From Vitrella brassicaformis CCMP3155 (taxonomy: Eukaryota > Protista > Chromerida), in NCBI GenBank assembly GCA_001179505.1, contig CDMY01000644.1, forward strand, positions 1-37,430: a DNA stretch of 37,430 nt. Reading direction: 5' to 3'. The position numbers were made by a program, and so were the translations under genes. Below, piece after piece: positions 1-11,800 of this stretch. The notes beneath the pieces are model-generated. The model ran no database searches, had not been told where the DNA came from, and was given only the letters and a program-made list of their open reading frames with translations. Within the stretch, counting starts at the first letter, position 1, and every line of letters begins with the position of its first letter.

Positions 1-412
1 CTCCACACTCCCCGCGTAGTTGTCCCTGGCCTGTCTTGCTTCAGTGTCGCGGAGGTTGTACGGCATCACCCAGGCTCCCCCGAGTGTCGCCCCGACTCAT
101 CCGAGTGGAGCACACGAGGATGCATACCTGAGTTCAATTATCCCAGTCAGCCTTTTTGCATCTCCGGTGCGCCTCCTGCCGATGTCGACCTCCTCCGATG
201 AATCGCATGTCGCCAGGGCCGTCAGGGGGAGGCGGAGCTGATGCCGTGCTCCATCTTATGCCTCCATGGCTTCCTGGGATGGATAAACCCCCTTGCCATC
301 ATGCGAGCTTTCGTAAGTGTGCAACTTCCCTCTCATCTGCGAGCTCAGAATATGTCGGTCGACTTCATTCCCTCCTGCGGCGAGACGTTCGTATTATGGT
401 TGGTTAGCATCG

Positions 413-811
413 ATGGCACAAGTATTGCAGGAAGAGCTTGATCCCGACGCGCCACAGTTCGCCATGGAGGTCCCTCCGCCGCCAAAGGTCCCATGGAAGA
501 CAGTCGGCATGGTACAGCGCACAGCACACAAGGAAGGACAGACACAAGGTGACAAACCATCACGCCATGACCTCCATGTGTGTCTTGTTTGTTTTGTGTT
601 TCAGGCGCTCCTGCTCTTCACGATGGGCACGACGCTGCTGCTGATGGGCACGGGGACGTTCTTCCGCACCGGCGTGAGTGCGGCGACCCCTTTGTTGGTG
701 CTGGGGTCGATATGCTTCATCCCGGGGTCGTACTACACGTTCATGTTTATCCAGATCTTCAGGGGAGTGCCAGGGTACACCTACCTCGACATACCCAGCT
801 ATGACGACTGA
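413..811 (+). CDS. TMEM230: TMEM230/TMEM134-family small membrane protein (2 exons: 413-511, 605-811; ~101 aa)
   Basis: Removing a 93-nt GT-AG intron (512-604) gives MAQVLQEELDPDAPQFAMEVPPPPKVPWKTVGM/ALLLFTMGTTLLLMG...PLLVLGSICFIPGSYYTFMFIQIFRGVPGYTYLDIPSYDD. The K-x-PWK start, two TM helices, FIPG and G-Y-x-Y-x-DIP-x-x-DD tail are the family signature. An extra upstream exon cannot be excluded. Confidence 0.85.
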   Translation: MAQVLQEELDPDAPQFAMEVPPPPKVPWKTVGMVQRTAHKEGQTQGDKPSRHDLHVCLVCFVFQALLLFTMGTTLLLMGTGTFFRTGVSAATPLLVLGSICFIPGSYYTFMFIQIFRGVPGYTYLDIPSYDD

Positions 812-2923
812 CGGGCGGGCTCTTGAGGACGGCTGATGGGTGGGAGGGGTCTCTTGGGAGGGCTTGTCCTTGTCTGTCTCTTTTTTCCTTCTTCTCTTGT
901 GTGTGGTCGTCAGCGGCCGTCTTTTTCTGACTGTCTCTCTCGCTGACCTGTATCTGTGAGAGTGTTTGTGTGGAAGGATGTGGTGACCTCTGCTCAGTGT
1001 CTGAACGTCCCAGTTTGTCATCACTGTTGTCATCATTCAGCAGTAGCAATGTTGTCAATCATAGAGTGCGACAGCACTACGATCACGTCCCGACACCCAC
1101 GCGCACACGCACTCAGACACACGCACATATACCGACACACAGACACACGGATAGACTTCACTCATGAGCAACAATCGGCATGTTCTCAGCTCATGGCCCA
1201 TCAGTGTCTATCAGGGCTGAGTGAGAATGCCATCAACATCCACATCATGGTATCAATGTCATACACTACACGCCCTGCACCGAATGCACAAAGATGCATT
1301 CTGTCGTGTGTTCCCTGCACCCGGCCCACCTCACCCGGCAACCCACCCCATCCCATCCCCCTCCCCGCCCTCCCACCTATCTGTCTGTCTGGATCAATCA
1401 AACTCTCCTCATGGGGGCACTTAGAAGGCACACATTTCTCGTCTCCCACTGTAGTGATACTCTCAGCCAGCCAGCCAGGACCAAGTGAGTAAGGCATAGC
1501 ATAGAGTCGGCAGGGTCGCACTGCCTGGACAAGGTTGTGTTTCTAGATGCGGGTGGGTTGTCAATACACAGCCGATGGGTTTGTGTGGCTTTGCCTCAAC
1601 TGGTCTGTAGTCGAGGTCGCAGTGGATCGTGCCTCGTGACCACGAACCATCGGTACCTCCACAAGACCGGCAAAGGCAAAACAAGGCACAGCAGCAAATT
1701 AGATAAGCACATTCATGAGTGGCGGTGGCGAGCTCGAGAAATCGGCTGCATCCGTCACAGCACACCTCTCCCTCGCTCTCCCTCCCCTCTCTCTCTCTCT
1801 CTGTGTGTGTGTGTGATCACTGTCTAGCTGCATTTCTGTCGGTTGGTTCATCAAAATCAGCCGCTCTCGTACCAACCACGTCCGTACGCGTAGATAGGCA
1901 TACAGCGGGCTGTCTGTGCCCATGCACACACATACTGGCAAACAATACCCTCTTCTCTTGACAGAAACAACCCCCCCCCACCCCAACCCCCCCCCATCTC
2001 CCTCTAGTCAGTCCCCTGCCCGCGCAAGAAAGTGCTGTACACCCCAGACCACAAGAGACAAGAGAAGGGAGGAGGACCGACAGGTTGTCAGCTGATGGAT
2101 GGAGGAAACCCACAGGCGTACGCACATCCATCCATCCATCCGTTCAGGCCAGGTCAGTGCCAGGTCGGTATCGATCAAGTCAGTGCGGTTCTGTGTGTGT
2201 GTCGTGTCGAGTCAAGTCATGTGGTGGCCTCTCTGGCTCCCTGTCTGTCTGTCTGTCTCCCTGGAAAAACGGGTGTGAAAGGCCTCTTCACGCGCATACT
2301 TCTTTCATCACATCTGTTCACACAAGAGGGCACACGTGTCTCTCTAGAAGCGAATGTCCCCTTGTTGCCTCTCTTGTGGACCCGTAAAGTCCAGGTCACC
2401 TTCGAATGTGTCACTTCGTCCTTGTACGGCTGAAGCGGCGGATTCGATGCCGCCCATGACCTGCCGGGCCGACAGAGAGAGGCAGCCATCGCCAATCTCA
2501 CCCCTGTACCAGCAGCAGCACCCGCAGCAACCAAAACGCCTATGTGTGTATGTAAGTGTCATCACCACAGCCGGTAGCAAGTAACAATTATGTAGAGGCA
2601 AAACCGCCCTCCCTCCCTCCCTCTCTCCGTCGGTCAGCTCTCGCGGCCGGCCACTGGTGTGGCGGCGGCACTGCGATCTATCACAGACACCCAGACACAT
2701 CAGCCACACACGTCCACACCCAGGTAGATGATCGACACAAACCCTCCCCTGCTCCCTCCCCTCCCTCATCATCCCAATAGCTAGCAAAACAAACACCGCC
2801 TCCCTCCCTCCCTCCCTCCACTCTCCACGTCTCTTCGAGACCAGTAAGTCAGCCAGTGAGTGCTCTCAGCTCTCAGCTCTCTCCCACACATAACACACAC
2901 GTAAGTTGCATGTCTGTCCATGA

Positions 2924-5252
2924 TCAGGTCTTGCACAGCTCATTGAAGAACTCCAGGTTGAAGTAGTAACGGCGATTCGCCGTGTAGTGCGGGCCGTCAT
3001 ACGCACCAGCCGGCAGACCAACACCAACACCACCACCAGCACCAGCAGGAGGGCCAAAATTGTGGGGGGCGGTGGCGGGGTCGCCCTGGCTGTTGCTGCT
3101 GGTGTTGCCGTCGGCTGCTGCTGCTGCTGTTGGGGCAGTTGAGGTGTCGGGATTGGCGCCGCGGGGCTCCTGTGTGGTTTGTGTGGGGGCGGTGGGTGGG
3201 CCGTCGATGGGGACATCATAGACGATGAACCTGAGAGGAGCATGAGCAGCAGAGAGAGAGAGAGAGAGGGGTGCGTGCATGTTTCTGTCGATCGACGACA
3301 GTGTCTGTCTCGAGTCATCGCCCACCTGACGGGCTGCTGCCCCCAGAAGCGTTTGAGTTCGATGTTGCCCACGCCGGGCACCTTCACCGTCCGCCACCGA
3401 ATCAGGTCGCAGTACATGCTGACATGCACACACACACGGTGATGCACAACAATTCCCATCCGCTGCCCCCTCTCCCATCCCGTCCCGACTCACACACCTG
3501 TAGAATGAGAAGGTGTACACGTGTTTGGTGTCGAAGAAGATCCGCGGGTCGCGACCCTCCTCCTCGCCCTCACCATCCCCAGCACCATCCCTCCGTCCGT
3601 GGTGGGCCACCACGGGACGCCTCAGGTCCACATTGACACCAGCACCAGCACCATTGTCGTCGGCGTCTTGCTGCTCCTCGGCATACGAGTAGTGGTGGGG
3701 TGAGGGCGGCAGCGAGTGGATGTTGTTGTGATGGTGGTGGTGATGGTGGGGCTTCCTGTGCGCGAAGGGGTTGTGCCGCCGCCCCCGGGGCAGGAACCGC
3801 TCGCGGCGAGCGATGCGCGCCTCGTCACTCTCAGGGATGTCCTGAAGACACCCACCACACGAACACAGCAAACACACGAAATGACAGATGGGGAGGGGAG
3901 GTGGCCAAAATGGGGAGGTGTCGGATACCGACCTGTCCGAGTGTGGGCGGGGGTTGGTCGAGCGGCGTGGCGGCCATCCTGTCGGCGTAGAAGGCCAGTG
4001 GGTAGACGATGTGCGGGCACTCGAGGTCACACACGCCGTCTTGCGATGCCGGGCTCTCGTTGCCGAACGACCAGTGGAACAGACGACCAACGGGAAACGT
4101 CTTGACGAAGGCCAAAATCAGACGACTCAAACCTGACACAAACAAAGTCGGGCACTTCACTCAGGTGTGTCGGCCTGGTGTGGTGTAGAGTGCGTGCGCA
4201 CCAGCCATGAGGAAGTCGAGGCTCATTTTCTTGTCGATTTCTCCGCCGAAGTAGACGATGCCCCTGGGCTGCTGCTTGAACCGGCCCTGCAGCTGGATCT
4301 CGAACATGCGCTGCCGGCCCCTGAAGTGGTACGCCCAGTAAGGGTCCAATGGGTCTGTCCGCACCAGCAGCAGAAAGCGACCCTGTGCACAGAGAGAGAG
4401 AGAGAGAGGCAATCCATCGGATGGGAAGGTCTGTATTGGGTGTGTGGCGGACTCACGGACCTTGAACCACTCATTCTCGAACTCGATGGGCACTCTGGCG
4501 TTGACGGGGCAATCGACCGGCCCCCCCGCCACAGCGAAGTTCCTCATCCTAATGTGAGGCAGCGACGGCGGCGCACTCATTGCCACCTTCCTAGTCACGG
4601 TGGAGGCCTCGCCCCCCTCCGCCACTGTGTGTGTCCGGCCGTGTGTGGGCGACTTGTCGGCCTCCTTGTCGTCGCCCTGCGACTCGCCCGACGAGCAAGA
4701 CACCGCCACCGAGTTGTTGTCGGCCGTCGTGGGCGAGCTGCCGCCGGTGTCCTTGCTGTTGACCGAGACCGACAGACTCGCCGCCCTCTCGCCCTCTAAA
4801 GCTGAAATGAGACTCGACGGGGACCCACCGCTGTCGCCGCTCTCGTATTGGCTCAGCGGGCGGCCGGGGGAGTGGGGTGCGCTGTTGTTGATGTTGGCAG
4901 TGACGGACGGGGTGGGCAGATGGACCTGCAGATGGGGGCGGGAGGAGGTCGTGAACGGGCTCTCTGAGTCGCTGCTGAACTCACGAGCTGCATCCACACG
5001 CACACACAAGGTGGACCAGCACGTCCATTTGGGATCCGTTCCCTCCACTCCCCTGTAGGTACCCGGCGGCGAGTAGTCTCCCTTGATGGGTCGTGGTGAG
5101 GGTGACATACACGTGCGACTGGGAGGGGAAAATGCATCGCCGGTCGATCTCCTGATGCCCGACGCGGTGACAGGTGCGTGAGGTCGGCAGGGACGCCGCG
5201 CGCGTGGCGATGGCGAACCGAGCGACATCGGTGAGGACGATTCTAATGCCAT
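2924..5252 (-). CDS. DUF1769-domain protein with long Ser/Pro-rich N-terminal region (~7 exons)
   Basis: Exons join in frame at GT-AG sites: PIEFENEWFK/GRFLLLVRTDP...HFRGRQRMFEIQLQGRFKQQPRGIVYFGGE.../LSRLILAFVK...HWSFG...PHIVYPL.../DIPES...YTFSFY/SMYCDLIRW...IELKRFWGQQPV/RFIVYD...RRYYFNLEF. These match motifs I recognise from DUF1769. ATG at 5252 is preferred; the frame stays open further upstream. Confidence 0.75.
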
Positions 5253-5743
5253 TGTCGCGCAGGGGGAAGCGCAGGGAGAGGGAAAAACGCGAGCAGGAGA
5301 GAATTGCCGATTAGCTCGCACATGAAGGAAGAGGTGAAGGGCTTGGGGGTGTGAGTGCCTGTTTGATGCTCCTGTTCATAGCTGAAGTCACTGCGTGTAC
5401 AAGCTGAGCGAGTCACGTACATGGCATGCATTGAAACACACACACGCACACACACACAAACACAGAGAGAGAGACAGAGTCAGAGTCAGTCGACGCTAGA
5501 GTCAGTCAGACGGGGGGAAAATCCAGCCGGTCGGCTGGGAATCTAATCCATCCCATCCCACTCACTCACCCACACGCCCCTCGTCCCCATCCATCCATCC
5601 ATCCGTCCACCACACCGCCCGCAACCACCACAAATACGAAAAAGTCCACATCAGCCACACACACATCCCTCCCGAGTGTGCCGAACATGGGATGGAAGGA
5701 CGGGGAGAGCAGTGCCGCGGAACAGATGGCTGTTGTCAGTGAG

Positions 5744-8392
5744 TCAGGCGGTCGTGGCGTTTGGTGCCTCTGCTGTCGGCTGCGTCGTGGCCTGGCCGTT
5801 GGCAGTGGCCACAGGCGCAGGCGCAGGCGCAGCGCTGGGTGCCGTGGGGACGGTTGGCACCGTGTATGTGGCTGTGGTGGCTGGGTATGCAGCAGCAGCG
5901 ACGCCGGCTGGGACGGTTGTCTGTTGCTGGTGGCCGGCCACTTGTGCTGCAGCCGCCTGCTGCTGCTGCTGTTGCTGCCCCGCCATGCCGTACATGTCAT
6001 ACATGCCCGCCCACGCACCATAACCGCCCGCACCGTAACCAAAGCTCTGAACACACACACGCGCAACACGCAACACATCCATCTCTCCTGCCGTCCAGTT
6101 TGTCTCTCTCTCTCCTTCGGCTTACCGCGTATGGGTTGTATGTGTATGGATCGACCGGCGTCGCCGTGGTGCCAGTGGCTGTGGCCGCCCCACCGCCACC
6201 CGCCCCCGCCACCCCCACCCCTCCCACAGCGGCGGGCATCTGCCCCACCTGACCCCACGCCTGCGCGCTGCCCCTCATCGGCCCATACCCCATGGAGCCC
6301 ATGGCAGCCATACCTGCCGCGGCGGGCATGCCTGCAGCCGCCATGCCGGCCATGGGTATGCCCCCCGCAGCGTAGGGCATGTAAGGCATCGTGCCGTAGG
6401 GCATGGCTGCTGCGCCGTACGGCATCATCATGGATGCGGTGGCGGGGCTGCTGTACGAGTAGTCGGTGTCGGGACGCTTGGGGATGCGCACGCCGCGGGA
6501 AATGAGATCGTGGATCTTGGAGTCGCGGTTGCTGCATTGCACATGAGATGAGTGAGAAGACGCCCATGGATCGGCCCCTGTGTGGTGTGTGTTGGGTTGC
6601 TTTGCTTGGTTACAGAGAGCGGGACGGCTGGTTTGAGAACTGCACGTCCAGCAACACGCCATTGAAATTGAAACCTGATGGCAAGGCAAGGCAAGGCAAG
6701 GCAAGATGGATGGATCGATGGACGGGACCAACGCACAGACACACACAATCAGCGCAATCAGCAAGGAAGCACACCCACTCTCCCGCGTATTGTATTGCTG
6801 CGCGTCTCATTGTCTGCGCCCAGGAGCTCACCGTTGAGTCCTTTGAGGGCCTTCTCCGCATCGCGGAGGTCGAAATACTGGACGAACTTCTCACTGACAC
6901 ATACACCCCACACGACACAACACAACTTTTACCTTACCACAGCCGTCCTTTCTATCTCCGCTTCTGCTGTGTGTGTGCGCTTACGCCTCTCTCTTTCTGT
7001 TGGGCGTGACTTTCTTGACGGCCCCGAAGGCGGTGAAGAGCTCCCGGTACTGCTCCACCGAGTTGATGTCGATGAAGTTGCGGTCCGCAGTGGCGGGACG
7101 CACAAACAATGTGCCCTGGAGACAGACAGCACAACACACACAGAGGAGATGTCGGTCGGTCGGTCGGTCGGTGTCCCAGGCTGACCTGGTTCTCCTCACG
7201 CCCCCCGTCAGGCCTTCCCGAAGAGAACTGCGCGTCTATCTGCACACATCACACACAGAGAGACAGACGACAAGCGAGGCAACACACGTGAGACAAGCAA
7301 GGTAGGAGTCAAAGGAGCACGAAGCAAGTCACTCCACTCATCCACTCACAAACACACGGGCAGACGGAATCGGGCGGTCAGGCATGGAGTGTCGTGCTCG
7401 GTGTCGTGTCTTGAGCTGGGCTGAGCTGTTCTCCTCCTGTCGATCGCCGTGTGTGCCCCCCACCGTGCCCTGCCCGTGTCATCAAGTACGTGCTGTGTCT
7501 GCCGTGCCGTGTGAGTGTTCCGCCATTCGACCCGTCAATTCACTCAGGCAGTGGACGTGCTCCGTGTTGTGTGTGTCGTGGGGTGTCGTGGCCGCTCGCT
7601 GTGGTGCTGTGCTGTGGTGTGCACAGTGAGTGCTACTTGACCTTCGATGTTGTTCAAGCAGCAAGGAAGGAAGAAAGGAACAAGGAGCGACTGCTCGACT
7701 TGACCCGACTCGACTCGACTCGACTCGATTGACGGCTGGGCTGTTCCGCTCCGTGGTGATGTCAGCTCAGCTCGCCACCCACAGCCACACGCATGCACCC
7801 TCTCCCCCCGGCAGATTCGCACATACCGATTTGCCGCCGAACTCCTTTGCCTTCAGACCCTTGCGGGCCTCCTCGGCTGCACGGAGGTCAAACTGAAGCA
7901 TCGAACGCCACACACACAAACAACTTGGCATGGGTGCGTGTCTGTGTCTGTGTGTCTCTCTGCGTGTGTGAGGTGGCTTACGTATTCGATGAAGGCCATG
8001 CCTTTGGTCGAGATGTTGATGAAGTTCTTGATGTCGCCCCACTCCTCGGCGGCCTTCCTGATCTCCTCGTCGCTCACGTCACTCGGCATCTTGCTCAGAC
8101 ACACTACTCGAGTCACAAACGCCTCCTACACACACACACGCACACACACCCATCACACAAGCACACGTACGTGTCAACCAACGCCCCTCCCCGACCATAT
8201 TGGGATCATCTGCAGGCACCACACACACACACGCGCAGACACAAGGAGCGTACACGTCATATCGGCGGATCCCCTTCCTCTCGCTCGTTGGGCCTTACCC
8301 CAGGTGAGTGGCTGCGATGGTGCAGCGGAGTCAGTCGTGCCGCCCGCAGCAGCATCTGCCGGGCGGTCATACGGACCTGTACGGTAGCTCAT
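5744..8392 (-). CDS. Mei2-like (RRM1-RRM2 type) RNA-binding protein with low-complexity M/G/Y/A/Q C-terminus (~10 exons)
   Basis: Spliced product contains TRVVCLSKMPSDVSDEEIRKAAEEWGDIK...KGMAFIEY/FDLRAAEEARKGL...KS/IDAQFS...EENQ/GTLFVRP...YRELFTAFGAVKKV...EKFVQYFDLRDAEKALKGLNG. The (F/Y)DxRxA helix motif in both RRMs and the NQGTL linker resemble Mei2-like RRM1/RRM2. All junctions are GT-AG and phase-consistent. Confidence 0.75.
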
Positions 8393-8862
8393 CACGAGTG
8401 TTTATTGCCTCCTTCCCTCTAGCCCTTCTCCCTCCCCTTTTTGCCAAGCTTGCAGCTGAGCTCGCATTCGACGGTGCCAAGAGAAATCGGCGGCGAAGAA
8501 GCGTTGTGTCGTTGTTGCGCGGCACGATGTCGCCTTCCGCCGGCGGATTCTGATCTGTCTCTGCGCGTTCCGACAGGCGGCGGATCTGTCTGTCGAGTGC
8601 TTCCATCCTCCCTCCCTGTAAGGTGAGTGGAGCAGGCATCTGCTGAGAGCGAGGCAGAGGCAGGCAATAGCTGACCAGGCGAGCACCCGGCAGCTTGTTC
8701 ACTCGCGTGTTCAGCCAGCCAGCCAGCCAGCAAGGCTGACAGAAGATGCGATGCGTGTGTGATGGGCATGGTTCTTCATTCACGGCTGTCTTGTGATGAT
8801 GTTGGTGTGTGTTCGTTCGGTCAGGAGTGCTGAGTGACTGAGTGAAGGAGTGTGTCGTCACG

Positions 8863-11800
8863 ATGACGACGGCGTCCGACCTGAACAACCCCTTCAGTCG
8901 GGCGGAGCTCAAGCGGGTCAAGGAGATCCAGTTCGGGGTGCTCTCGCCGCAACAACTGGTACGCAAACACAGCCTGGAGCCTATTCCTCCTTGACTGACG
9001 TCTGTGCAATTGTTTTCTCTCTGATGGTGTCATTCGTTGATTCACTTCACTCACTGATGATTGGCTGGTTGCTTCATTCATTCAGCAAGCGATGTCGGTG
9101 TGCAAGGTGGAGCACGCCGAGATGTACGAGAAGGGTCTGCCGAAGCGTGGCGGCCTGCAGGACCCCCGCATGGGCACCATTGACTTCCGCGTGGCGTGTG
9201 AGACCTGCGGCATGAGCCAGTACGAGTGCCCAGGACACTTCGGCCACCTCGAGCTCGCCAAACCCATGTACCTCCCCGGTCAGTGACACACCCAACCACC
9301 GACCCACAGCACCCCATCCAAAACGCACCTTCTCTGCGTGTTGTGTCTGTCGGTGTCTGTGGGTGTCTGTCAGGGTACATCAAGACGGTGCTGAAGGTGC
9401 TGCGGTGCGTGTGCTACAGCTGCAGCCGTATCTTGGTCAACCACGGCGACGCCAAGGTCAAGCGAATCCTCAAAGGGCGGCTGGCGGGCCCCAAGTTCAA
9501 CAAGGAGCGGCTCGCGTACGTCATGAAACTCGCCAACAGCGTCAAGAAGTGCGATTTCCAGGAGGACACGACAGAGGAGAACCAGGCGTCCGGGCTGCAG
9601 TCGGGCGGGTGCGGGAGCCGCCAGCCCAAGTACAGCCGCACGGGGGTGCAGATCGTGCTGGAGTGGAAAAAGGACGACAAAGACATGGAGGACGAACCGG
9701 ACCCTGGCGACGACGAGGAACGGGTAAGCGAAGCGGGCCGGGCGTCCAAGGGGTGCGTGTGGTGTGGTGTGGTGTGAATGTCTGTGTGTGGGACTGGGTT
9801 GGTGTAGGACTCCAAGAGGAACCTCACTGCCGAGGAGGCGCACGCCATTCTGAAAAGGATATCGCCGTAAGCTGCCCAGATACACGCTTGGCGACCACCA
9901 AGGGCAAATACACCTGTGCTTCCATCTGTGTGTCAGTGAGGACATGGAGACGCTCGGCTTCGACCCCGTGCGGTCGCAGCCTGCCTGGATGATCTGCAGC
10001 ATTCTCCCAATACCGCCGCCCGCCGTCAGGCCATCCGTCCTGGTCAGTCAGTCAGTCAACACAACACACCCAACGCACACACCACACACAACACACACAC
10101 GCGTCCATCCATCCATCCATGCATCGTGTGTGTGTCTGCTGATGGTTCACACACAGTTTGGTGGGTCTGATCGGTCTGAGGATGACCTGACCAACAAGCT
10201 CAACGACATTGTCAAGATCAACGCTGTCGTCAAGAAACAGGAAAACAGCGGCGCACCCGTGCACATTGTCAATGGTGAGCTGAGCTCACCCTCCAGCACA
10301 CGACACGGAGCGAGATAGAGGGAGGCATGTGCGTGTATGTGTTGCTGTGGTTGGTCTCAGAGTACGCCAAGACGCTGCAGTGGCACATCATCACGCTCAT
10401 TGACAACGGCATCCCAGGCCTTCCTGTGGCCGCAACACGATCCAAGAAACCCATCAAGGTCACTCACTCCACCGCCACACGCGCCAACAAAGGCAGACCA
10501 CATTCCCTTCTCTCGTGCATGCATCAGGCAATCCGAGCGCGTCTGAAGGGCAAGGAAGGCCGGCTCCGTGGCAACCTGATGGGCAAGCGCTGCGACTTTT
10601 CGGCGCGTACGGTCATCACGGGCGACCCTAACCTGGCCATCGACCAGGTGGGTGTGCCGCGGTCGATCGCCATGAACCTCACATTCCCCGAGACCGTCAC
10701 CGCTCACAACATACATGAGCTCAAGGTCTGTCAGCACACACACAGACACACGGGGAGAAAGAGCCGAAGCGTTCACGTGTGTGTGTTGTGCAGCGGTTGG
10801 TGGCCAACGGCCCGAATGAGTGGCCCGGTGCGCGGTTCATCGTGAGGGACGACGGCACGAGATACGACCTCAGACACACCAGGGGGTCGGCGGAGCAGTC
10901 GCTGGAGTACGGCTACAAGGTGGAGCGGCACATGCGCGACGATGATCTGGTGCTATTCAACCGGCAGCCCTCACTGCACAAAATGTCCATCATGGGACAC
11001 AGGTCCGTCTCCGTCTCCGTCCGTCCATCTGCCCACACAGCCATTGATGTGTGTGTGTGTGTGCGTGTGGATGGGTGTGTGGATGGCATGTTTGCAGGGT
11101 GAAGGTACTGCCGTACTCGACGTTCCGTCTCAATCTGTCCGTGACGCCGCCGTACAACGCCGATTTCGATGGCGATGAGATGAACATGCACCTGGCACAG
11201 ACACATGAGACACGGTAGGTGGGCTGGGATGGGTGGCTGGGCACATCGATGTGTGGATGGATGGATTGATGTGCAGGAGTGAGATCAAGCACCTGATGCA
11301 GGTGCCCAGGCAGATCGTCTCCCCTCAGGGCAACAAACCCGTCATGGGCATCATTCAGGCACGCACGCCCTCACAGACCCACAGAGAGAGAGAAAGATAG
11401 AGACTGCTATATCATTTGTTCTCTGTGTCTCTACGTGTGCAGGATTCCTTGCTGGGCATCAGCAAGTTCACCCGGCGCGACACGTTCCTCGACAAGGCGA
11501 TGCTCATGAACCTTCTCATGTGGCTGCCCGACTGGGACGGAAATATACCCACACCCGCCATACTCAAGTATACCCATAACACCCAAACACTCCCAATCCC
11601 ATCCCAATCTGTGCGCGTGGTGGGTGCGGTGTATGGCGTCTGTGTGTGTGCCTGTTGTATGTGCAGGCCGGAGTGTCTGTGGACGGCCAAGCAGGTGATA
11701 TCTCTGCTGCTGCAGGACGAGCGCATCAATCTGCAGCGGCCGGGCAACAGGGCCGGAGAGAAAGAAAACCCAAACTTCTCGGCGTCTGACGGACACGTAC

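Noticed and set aside
1-310. Possible 5' end of a minus-strand gene running off the left edge (CAG|GTATGC donor near 128)
   Set aside because: No consistent start or recognisable motif; cannot be supported without the neighbouring sequence.
950-2340. Many overlapping 60-180 aa ORFs on both strands
   Set aside because: Dominated by microsatellite-derived C/V/H/T runs; I could not build a phase-consistent gene.
4167-6567. Long ORFs 4167-4799 (+), 5678-6505 (+) and 5566-6567 (-)
   Set aside because: Antisense or off-frame shadows of the DUF1769 and RRM genes.
7380-7500. Box C/D snoRNA-like TGATGA...CTGA on the minus strand in the long intron
   Set aside because: Imperfect C box, no terminal stem and no recognisable rRNA guide.
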